From: a virus | Reading direction: 5' to 3' (one strand) | DNA length: 55,935 nucleotides | IMG/VR virus record: IMGVR_UViG_3300004888_000001 | Location: 1-55,935 of that record | Part shown: piece after piece, positions 1-6,998 of the stretch | Layout: the number at the start of each line of letters is the position of its first letter | Position numbering within the stretch: the first letter of the stretch is position 1 | The notes under the pieces: generated by a model | What the model was told of the DNA's origin: nothing | Database searches by the model: none | Seen by the model: only the letters and a program-made list of their open reading frames with translations | Position numbers and translations under genes: made by a program

Positions 1-99
1 AGTCAAATTCCGTTTTCTTTTGTCATCTAACCTGTTACTAGCTTGAGTCACTGATTCGGCTATGACTGACAAAGATCCGTTTTGCACTCCTTCTACAAT
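1..99. repeat. Direct terminal repeat, left copy (identical to 55837..55935)
   Basis: Bases 1-99 (agtcaaattccgttttc...cactccttctacaat) recur exactly at the right end of the window. This is typical of a circularly closed or terminally redundant viral contig. Confidence 0.95.
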
Positions 100-159
100 A
101 GAGTTAAGCAGAGTGATAACTTCATTCTGCGTTAATTGTGATGTTTTTAGTTTAGCCAT
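1..159 (-). CDS. Hypothetical protein, 5' part (53 codons) of an ORF that crosses the circular junction (about 80 aa in total)
   Basis: ATG at 159 (minus) is preceded by GGAGACCTAACAGG. The frame is open to base 1 and continues in phase at 55836 down to TAA 55753-55755. Confidence 0.5.
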   Translation of the reverse strand, partial: MAKLKTSQLTQNEVITLLNSIVEGVQNGSLSVIAESVTQASNRLDDKRKRNLT

Positions 160-253
160 CCTGTTAGGTCTCCATGTTATTTATCGGTTTTTGTCGTGTG
201 AAGTGTCATATTAGCCGTTATCGGTCACCAGTCAATACCGTCTGCTGGAAATT

Positions 254-466
254 TCAAACAAACTTGGTCAATTTGATCTTACTTGGTTCCTTATCCTTGT
301 ATTTAACTTGAAACCCTACTTTTATCAACTCCTCATCCGTTAGGTAACTAGCTATCTTTTCAGCTTCTGTAACATTGAAACATTCAATGTTAATGTTGTC
401 GTACATCCCTGATGCAAGATGACTCTTGATGTTCATTGCGTCGTCAAGTTCTGAGTTGGAACTCAT
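254..466 (-). CDS. Hypothetical protein (70 aa), first gene of the leftward early operon
   Basis: ORF track entry. Its leader ACGGAAAAGACTGATG resembles the leaders at 55733, 55444 and 9950. Confidence 0.55.
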   Translation of the reverse strand: MSSNSELDDAMNIKSHLASGMYDNINIECFNVTEAEKIASYLTDEELIKVGFQVKYKDKEPSKIKLTKFV

Positions 467-479
467 CAGTCTTTTCCGT

Positions 480-1690
480 AGGCTTAGTTAGTAATACCTC
501 AATGTATCGACATTCCACCACCGAGTCAATGAGAATTTCCATCAATTTGCTGGAAAATCCAGATTTCTCAGAATTTGGATGGAATGCCTCGCCTCCGTCC
601 GTAGGACTCTACCCCCCCTGCCCCCTGTTCGCGCTTGCAGCCACTGTCATCGCTTGCCACTGCACTCACTCACTGCACTGCACTGTTGTTATAGTACTAT
701 GTTATACATAGCTATACATACGTATACATACATAGGTAGCTATATAGCTATGCCTATATAGTAGGCAGGTATAGCCTATTCGTTATGCACCTCTGTTATT
801 GGCATGGTACTTGCACTGTTAACAGATCTATTGCATCCAAACATTAGGGTTAATAATAGCACCCCAATATGGCATATAGCTCTGTTATGGGTGCTTGTTA
901 TCACATTAAAAAAAGGGCTAAATTGCGTCTAACGCGATATCTCACTTGTTACCCTACTCTGATACCCTTATCTGTTATAGCTCATTCTGAGCTATCTGAG
1001 CCCTGTTTAAGACGATATCGAAAACGGCCATTTTTGCCTGTTATTGCACTGTCGTTATTTTAAGCACTTACCTTTGATATCCAGCAATCTGTGCCGTACC
1101 GGCTACCAACACGCTACTTAATACTGTCATTGGTTATCCCTCTATATAGTACTATTCCATACATACTTAATAAAAATAATAAAATGATACTTCTCTGGGG
1201 ACACCCCCCCCCTAGAAGGCGCGGCAGCTCAGCGACCTCTCACGGGCATCCAGTCCCCCTCTGGCTCCCGCGTATTATTTGTATTAAGTATGCAGTGAAC
1301 CCTTTCATATCCTACGATAGGTACTTACCCTCCGAAAATTTATTAAGTAGCGTTTGCGTAGTAACTGCACTATATAAAGCTGTTTTGAGCTTCATATTAG
1401 GTACTGACCAAATTTATTAAGTTGGCAGCCCATGTGAAAATAACCGCCCTTAGCGGTATTGGGCATATCCTGTATATCATGGCAAGGGTAGCTATATATC
1501 AAGGAAACAGGCATGATATCAAGCTATCGGATTACTTTGGAAAATCCATAAAGATTTTAAAGATTAGGGTTTGAAAGGTCGAAACCATATGGTAGAACTT
1601 ACATATCTCAAGTGAACAACACTTGAGCGGGCAACACTGCCCACAACTAACCAGCCCAACAACGGGCAACAACTTAACGAGGAATCAAGA
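480..1690. promoter_or_regulatory. 1.2-kb non-coding divergent control region; candidate origin or regulatory hub
   Basis: Only short Cys/His/Leu-rich track ORFs without an RBS lie here. Genes diverge from both sides. An AT-rich repeat-laden core (690-1190) is bounded by C-tract/GC-rich islands (600-690 and 1197-1272). Confidence 0.6.
684..1060. repeat. Iteron-like array of TGTTAT motifs
   Basis: TGTTAT occurs 7 times (687, 700, 794, 883, 896, 973, 1039). Copies at 794, 883 and 973 have (C/A)TCTGTTAT context and lie 89-90 bp apart. CGTTAT is at 781 and 1053. TTGCACTGT is at 811 and 1044. The palindromic (A)TAGCTAT motif is repeated at 707-752. Confidence 0.6.
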
Positions 1691-2278
1691 ATGAGTAATA
1701 CAACTAACAAAGCAAACAGTATCCAGTTCTCTAACGCGTTCGGGCTTAATGTTTCACAACTCGCAATTGTAGCCGCTGAATACAAGCTACCCGCTGAAGC
1801 TGTCGCAAAGTTCCCTACAATGGTTCGGCACTATCTCAACTTGAGACACGTTGTCAACGGTGAATACGCTCGACAGTGGGAAGGGAACGTATCACACTCG
1901 CTTATTGAGTCCAGTGGCCAATATCTTGAAACTGAAACTGAAAGTCAAGACGGCGACTTACAGAACTTGACTTATTGGGTGTTGAATGAAACCGGCGAAG
2001 AATACCTAGCTATGGCAACGCTAGTTTTCGAGACGTTGGAAGCTGAAGCACTTGACTCAATTAACTATAGGGCAAGTGGAACGCTCGTTTACAGTCGCCC
2101 ACTGAGCGAGTCCGGGCGGTTTGTTGTAATGATCGACCGGGGTGATAGTTTCACTTATGGGCGTTGGGTTGCCAGCAAGTATATCAACGGTCAAAGCGAG
2201 TGGTGCAACGGTCGCTACTTTGATAGCCGTGGTGATGCTCACGAATGCTACCTAGCATTGTTCAAGCCAGCCAACTAA
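1691..2278 (+). CDS. Hypothetical early protein (195 aa)
   Basis: ORF track entry with RBS GAGGA 8 nt upstream. It is the first gene of a same-strand, tightly packed operon. Confidence 0.75.
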   Translation: MSNTTNKANSIQFSNAFGLNVSQLAIVAAEYKLPAEAVAKFPTMVRHYLNLRHVVNGEYARQWEGNVSHSLIESSGQYLETETESQDGDLQNLTYWVLNETGEEYLAMATLVFETLEAEALDSINYRASGTLVYSRPLSESGRFVVMIDRGDSFTYGRWVASKYINGQSEWCNGRYFDSRGDAHECYLALFKPAN

Positions 2279-2374
2279 CCAGTGGGCATAATGAACGGGC
2301 TTGACACTGAGCGAGCCCGCTATTATCTTCACTGTTTTAACCGGGCTTTACTGCCCACAACTGAAAGAATTACA

Positions 2375-2845
2375 ATGGACCCTAACGCAATACTAGCTAT
2401 TATTTTGGACCCTTCAACAGGGCTAGCAGAACGTGCTGAAGCTATTAGAAACCTTGAAGCGTGGCTTGACGGTGGTGGTTTTGTACCAACTATCGACAGT
2501 GAACAAGTAGATAGGCTTACAAACCACTTGGAAGCGTGGGCGAACGCTATCACACCAGAAGCAAAGTATCTGTTGAACGGTTGGACGGGCTCACAAGATT
2601 CGATGACTTACGCTCTTGTAAGCTCCAACGGTTTGAAGCGTGGAAGCGTGCGACCTAACGTCGAAAGCTCGCTAGAGTGGTTGGCTACGTTGTGGGGGAA
2701 ATTGGAAACTGAATTGAGAAAAGACATTGTGCCAGCGGTGCAAGCAAACCCAGAAGCGCCAAGCGAGCCACGTTCTCACGAGAACTTACTATTAACTGTT
2801 CAAAGAATCGAACGTATGCTAGATCGTTTACTTGAAGCTCTCTAG
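2375..2845 (+). CDS. Hypothetical early protein (156 aa; the track gives an alternative start at 2282)
   Basis: The stretch from 2282 to 2375 contains the same hairpin family found in other intergenic gaps (gggcttgacactgagcgagccc, 2296-2317). The internal ATG at 2375 is therefore favoured. Confidence 0.6.
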   Translation: MDPNAILAIILDPSTGLAERAEAIRNLEAWLDGGGFVPTIDSEQVDRLTNHLEAWANAITPEAKYLLNGWTGSQDSMTYALVSSNGLKRGSVRPNVESSLEWLATLWGKLETELRKDIVPAVQANPEAPSEPRSHENLLLTVQRIERMLDRLLEAL

Positions 2846-2919
2846 TGGTTGTGGCTACGGGCTTGTGATAACGAGCCCGCTACCGTACTCACTTTAGAAA
2901 CCCTTTACAGGACAAAACT

Positions 2920-3282
2920 ATGAAAACAAAACAACAGCTTGGATCGGAAACTCGCAAACAATACCTTACAAAAGCCCGCCGTTATGCAGCTCGTAAGCTA
3001 CGTGAGCAACGAAACGAGAATCAGTTTTACCGCCATGACAGTTTCAACGTGGCTGAAGCGTTGCGGCTCACTGAAGCTCGCTTTGTTGATATGGGGACTT
3101 TTGGCGTTGAAAGTATAACCAGTGTGAACGGCGATGAAACTTACGGGCTGGAGCTTCAATATCTAAACAGCGGTGAAATGTATTGCCTAACGCTTTGCTT
3201 TGATGAAACCCGCAATTGTTTTCTAATTGCTTGCGTTGGTAATATGATTGAAGCCGCTGAAGCTGAAGCCCGTAACCGATAA
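2920..3282 (+). CDS. Hypothetical early protein (120 aa)
   Basis: ORF track entry, preceded by the conserved leader ACTTTAGAAACCCTTTACAGGACAAAACTATG. Confidence 0.75.
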   Translation: MKTKQQLGSETRKQYLTKARRYAARKLREQRNENQFYRHDSFNVAEALRLTEARFVDMGTFGVESITSVNGDETYGLELQYLNSGEMYCLTLCFDETRNCFLIACVGNMIEAAEAEARNR

Positions 3283-3358
3283 GTGAAAACAGCCAACGGG
3301 CTTGTGATAACGAGCCCGCTACTGTTTACACTTTAGAAACCCTTTATTGGATAAAACT

Positions 3359-4438
3359 ATGCCTACTTTCAAAAATACAGATACAACTTTTCACGCTTTT
3401 GCAAGCCGTAACCACTCAGAAGGCAAGTGTGGCAACGTGAGCTTTGACAGTGACACCATTTACAGCTATGGAAACCACTTTCCAATAGCCACGTTCCACG
3501 GTGACAGTTTTGTATTGATAACAAACCGAACCCACTCAGTGACAACAGCGGGCCATATATCGGCAACCAAACGAGCGTTAAACCACGTTCCAAGCTGCAT
3601 AGTTGATAACGTGAACCCCACAACAACTAGAGAGCATCGGGCGAACGTGGTTGATATGCTCCAGCGGGCTCGCTCACTTGCTAACGACTGGACACGTTCA
3701 CGCAAATACAAAGATATGATACAGAGCGACATTGTGGGCTTGATGAATAGCGTAAAGCGTTATTTAGCTCACTTCAAACTGAAGCCGTTAAAAACCACTG
3801 CAAAAGCTCTTGAAGCATTCGCACCTATCGGCTTTGCTTATCCTCAAAACGTGATTGACGGCGAAAATCAAAAACCGAGCGAGCAAAAACAAGCTGCCGT
3901 TGTTGCCTTTATTGGCTACCTACTCGACTGGTCTGAAGCCGAATCCATCAAGCAAGCTGCAAAACGTAAGCGTGACGCTGCAAAACTAGAGCGTGAGCGA
4001 GCCGCTGAAGCTGAAGCCGCTGAAGCCCGCCGCGTAGAATCTGAAGCTCGGGCGCTGGAACGTGTAGCCGAGTGGCGCACCGGAGCCACCGTGGCAGCTC
4101 GCTTGATGGATGCCGCGCCCGTAGCGTTGCGGTTGTCAGTCGGCGGCTTTGAAGTCGAGACGAGCCACGGCGCAGCGGTTAGCGTTAGCGACTTCAAACG
4201 AGCGTGGAAAGCATTAAACAGTGGAAAGCTCCAACCCGGTACGACCATTGGTGACTTCACTTTCAACCGTATTGACGGCATTGGTGACAAGCGTATCATT
4301 GTTGTTGGCTGTCACCGTATCCCAATCAATGAAATACGGGCGTTAATTGACTTTGTAACCCGTGATAAACGCCCGTGTGATTGCGGTGGTTCGATATCTC
4401 ACGATGTTTGTAATACTTGCGGCAAGATTGACGATTAA
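3359..4438 (+). CDS. Hypothetical early protein (about 359 aa) with an Ala/Glu/Arg-rich helical segment and a C-terminal CxC...CxxC cluster
   Basis: ATG 3359 sits at the same distance from the conserved leader as ATG 2920. The track start at 3347 is a TTG inside the leader. Confidence 0.7.
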   Translation: MPTFKNTDTTFHAFASRNHSEGKCGNVSFDSDTIYSYGNHFPIATFHGDSFVLITNRTHSVTTAGHISATKRALNHVPSCIVDNVNPTTTREHRANVVDMLQRARSLANDWTRSRKYKDMIQSDIVGLMNSVKRYLAHFKLKPLKTTAKALEAFAPIGFAYPQNVIDGENQKPSEQKQAAVVAFIGYLLDWSEAESIKQAAKRKRDAAKLERERAAEAEAAEARRVESEARALERVAEWRTGATVAARLMDAAPVALRLSVGGFEVETSHGAAVSVSDFKRAWKALNSGKLQPGTTIGDFTFNRIDGIGDKRIIVVGCHRIPINEIRALIDFVTRDKRPCDCGGSISHDVCNTCGKIDD

Positions 4439-4518
4439 GTAACTCCAGCGGCGGGCTTGGATACTATCAAGCCCGATACTGTATTTACTTAAATTACCCT
4501 TTACAGGATAAAACTACA

Positions 4519-4965
4519 ATGTTTGCTTTCATTTGTGATGCTAATGGTATTGAACTTTTAGGTTCTGACTCTGTTGTTAATATCGATGGGCGGCTGTCGC
4601 TATCTAATCGACTAGTTGAAGTAAGCGAGTATAAACAGGGTTTTAAAAAGCACTTTCGCCACAAGTTCGACGATATGGTTTTCGTTGCCTTTACAAAGTC
4701 GATACGTGACTTCAAGCTGGAACCAGATAAGCTCCATCGAATACCGAAACACCCTAGCGAGCGCGAAACCGCGATAACCCGCAAGCTGTCCGATATGGAA
4801 AGCCACTTGTCGCGATGGCCCGATGTTAAAAGTACTCGTTGCCTTTACTCAGTTAATGCCGATTGCATGGTGGTTCGTTGTCGAATCGTAAGCCCGTCGT
4901 TTAGCGGTGGTGGTAAGTTTACGCGAATTGTAGACTACGATGAAAACGGAAACAAAGTGAGCTAA
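4519..4965 (+). CDS. Hypothetical early protein (148 aa)
   Basis: ORF track entry with the conserved leader CCCTTTACAGGATAAAACTACAATG. Confidence 0.7.
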   Translation: MFAFICDANGIELLGSDSVVNIDGRLSLSNRLVEVSEYKQGFKKHFRHKFDDMVFVAFTKSIRDFKLEPDKLHRIPKHPSERETAITRKLSDMESHLSRWPDVKSTRCLYSVNADCMVVRCRIVSPSFSGGGKFTRIVDYDENGNKVS

Positions 4966-5013
4966 CCGGGCGACGTTGCCCACAAACCTTAAACCTTCAC
5001 TGGATAAAAATCG

Positions 5014-5589
5014 ATGATCAAAACATTAGCGCAATTGAAACGAGAAGCCGCAAACTATACTTGGCAGCTTTATTCATACTCTCACGATAACGGTAAGACT
5101 GAAAAGGCTCACCCGTTTAAAGACTTTGTTCGCACAGTCGATAAAGTGGCAAGTAAAGAGATTTACTTATCAACTCCGAGCGGCAACAGTTCTTCAATGC
5201 CATTTGGCAAAGCTGCAAATTGGAAGTTCGAAAAATACCTGTATAACGATACTGACGTTATTGTTGTTGTGCAAGTACCAGAAAGCTCAGTGGTGATGCG
5301 ATACCATTTGAGACCGGTAAAGGTTAAGCCCGCTCACGTTGACCATATCACCTTATCTGAATTTTGGGCTTGTGACTTCTGTATGGTTCAGCGAGTGGAT
5401 ACAGAGACTGTGATTGTTCGATTCGATTCCGCCCTTGAAAGCGGCAGACCTTGCGGACTTGCTCGCTATGCAACACTTAAAAACGTAAGTGGTCAAAGAG
5501 CTAACGACAATGGCACGCTTAAAGTACTAGGTACTGCTATGGTGGCTCGCAAACTATTTGACTGGATAGGTGACGACAGCGAAGTTTAA
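5014..5589 (+). CDS. Hypothetical early protein (191 aa)
   Basis: ORF track entry with the related leader ACCTTCACTGGATAAAAATCGATG. Confidence 0.7.
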   Translation: MIKTLAQLKREAANYTWQLYSYSHDNGKTEKAHPFKDFVRTVDKVASKEIYLSTPSGNSSSMPFGKAANWKFEKYLYNDTDVIVVVQVPESSVVMRYHLRPVKVKPAHVDHITLSEFWACDFCMVQRVDTETVIVRFDSALESGRPCGLARYATLKNVSGQRANDNGTLKVLGTAMVARKLFDWIGDDSEV

Positions 5590-5595
5590 AAATAG

Positions 5596-5643
5596 AGGGT
5601 TGCCGCGTCCGGGCGGTCTAACGGGTTCGATACCCGCAACCCT
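5596..5643 (+). ncRNA. Mini tRNA-like element: acceptor-type stem, a small hairpin and a T-arm-like hairpin
   Basis: The 7-bp stem agggttg (5596-5602) pairs with caaccct (5637-5643). It encloses the hairpin ccgc/gcgg (5603-5616) and cggg-TTCGATA-cccg (5622-5636). Confidence 0.3.
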
Positions 5644-5682
5644 ATTGGATTTTACTTTACGAACCTTAACAGGATAGAACTG

Positions 5683-6231
5683 ATGGACGACGATAGAATT
5701 TTACAACTAAAACCTGAAGCCATTGACGGGCGCGAGTTCGACGGCGTGATTATTGATCGAGTGCAAAATAACAAAATGTATTTTGACTCTAGCGGGTTAC
5801 TTGGTGATGATACCGACAACGATTTTACAGTGAGCTACGTTTGGAAAAGCAATGAGGGTAACTGGCAAGCCGTCAAGCCCTCAGAATTTAAACGAGCTTT
5901 TGAGAGTTGTAAGAACGTGATTCGCGTAACTGATGGACGATTCGGTGAGCTTCACATTGAGGTAGACAGTGAGTGGTCGCCGTTAGACTTGAAGCTGGCT
6001 GAGCGTGACTATTTAACCTCAATGCTTCGTTATTACAAGTGGTTGAATCAACACGGTTTGAGCTATTCAGCAATCAGCGGTGTTAGGATTTTGCCTCATG
6101 GCTCACGTCAAAACAAAAACAAGTATGACGTGGTTGACTTTCGAGTTAAGGGTAAGACTGAACCAGTTTGTTTCCCGCGTCACCTAGTACCGTTCACCGA
6201 CAATGTGGTATTTAATAGAGGTGTTAAATAA
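5683..6231 (+). CDS. Hypothetical early protein (182 aa)
   Basis: ORF track entry with the conserved leader ACTTTACGAACCTTAACAGGATAGAACTGATG. Confidence 0.7.
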   Translation: MDDDRILQLKPEAIDGREFDGVIIDRVQNNKMYFDSSGLLGDDTDNDFTVSYVWKSNEGNWQAVKPSEFKRAFESCKNVIRVTDGRFGELHIEVDSEWSPLDLKLAERDYLTSMLRYYKWLNQHGLSYSAISGVRILPHGSRQNKNKYDVVDFRVKGKTEPVCFPRHLVPFTDNVVFNRGVK

Positions 6232-6644
6232 TGAAAACCAAAACCCAACCTTTGAACGTCCGCGCATCCCTACTGAGCTTTAGCAATCCGCGACGGCTAG
6301 CAGTGTTCCACAATTGGCCCGCTGGCAATCAAACAGTGACTTGCGAGTTTGCAGTGCAGCGTGACGATTCAGGACGCGAACGAGTCCTCAGATGGACTCG
6401 ACACAAGCCGAAAACGACCTATTGGTACGACTGGTGCCGAATCGTTGACGGTGACGACAGGCGAACCTATGTCATCTGTTATGAGGGCGACCGGCGAACT
6501 GAACCAGTTGACAATCAGGGGCGACACTGCCCTGTTGAGGGTCAAGCTGTTATTTACAGCGGCTCACTAGATGAATGCGTTGTAACTAACGCTGGGCCGA
6601 TTTTTAGAATGATTCAATCAATGAGGAACTTGACCAATGGCTAA
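6231..6644 (+). CDS. Hypothetical early protein (137 aa)
   Basis: ORF track entry. Its ATG overlaps the upstream stop (TAATG coupling). Confidence 0.7.
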   Translation: MKTKTQPLNVRASLLSFSNPRRLAVFHNWPAGNQTVTCEFAVQRDDSGRERVLRWTRHKPKTTYWYDWCRIVDGDDRRTYVICYEGDRRTEPVDNQGRHCPVEGQAVIYSGSLDECVVTNAGPIFRMIQSMRNLTNG

Positions 6645-6732
6645 ACTATGTATAATTGTCGTTCTGTTTATGATCTGCTGGCCTATCGGCGCGGCAGCTC
6701 TTTGTATCTCTCTTGCTTATGGTGATGGATAA
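6637..6732 (+). CDS. Small hydrophobic peptide (31 aa: MAKLCIIVVLFMICWPIGAAALCISLAYGDG)
   Basis: Too short for the track. AGGA lies 10 nt upstream. The start overlaps the upstream stop (AATGGCTAA) and its TAA overlaps the next ATG (6732). It has one predicted TM helix. Confidence 0.45.
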   Translation: MAKLCIIVVLFMICWPIGAAALCISLAYGDG

Positions 6733-6998
6733 TGATTGATCGAACTAACAACACTTGGAACAAGGTCTGTATCAAAATCCTCTTTGAAGAGTTTAAAGAG
6801 TTCGACCGTGGCAACGGCATCGGTCCGGCTATCAATTGGTTGATCGATCAAGAGGATACTGGACGTTCACCGTTTCACGTTCGTCGATTGCGTGATAAGT
6901 TCCGGCATGATCTGGCAACAGACTATGTGGATAGAATCACTGAGCAAGCGACGGCTTCATACCTTTGGCCCTCTGAGCAAGCTTTACCGATCGGATAG
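6732..6998 (+). CDS. Hypothetical protein (88 aa), last gene of the rightward early operon
   Basis: ORF track entry. Its 3' end overlaps the convergent primase gene by 62 nt. Confidence 0.55.
   Translation: MIDRTNNTWNKVCIKILFEEFKEFDRGNGIGPAINWLIDQEDTGRSPFHVRRLRDKFRHDLATDYVDRITEQATASYLWPSEQALPIG

Noticed and set aside
1355-1375. A possible NrdR box (cactatataaag) in the hub as a target for the NrdR-like protein
   Set aside because: Only about 10 of 14 positions match the palindromic NrdR-box consensus, and there is no second box at the usual helical spacing.
436-1420. Track ORFs 436..711, 579..761, 869..1063 and 1091..1420 inside the non-coding hub
   Set aside because: They have no Shine-Dalgarno sequence. 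Their composition is odd (Cys/His/Leu/Tyr-rich), they overlap one another, and they are built from the repeat motifs. They are better explained as chance ORFs in regulatory DNA.
551-1548. 11-mer TGGAAAATCCA present at both 551 and 1538
   Set aside because: A single 11-mer pair is within chance expectation for a 56-kb genome. It is noted only because both copies lie in the hub.
1218-6700. 13-mer GGCGCGGCAGCTC shared by 1218-1230 and 6688-6700
   Set aside because: Roughly twenty such 13-mer coincidences are expected by chance in a genome this size, and the flanks show no similarity.
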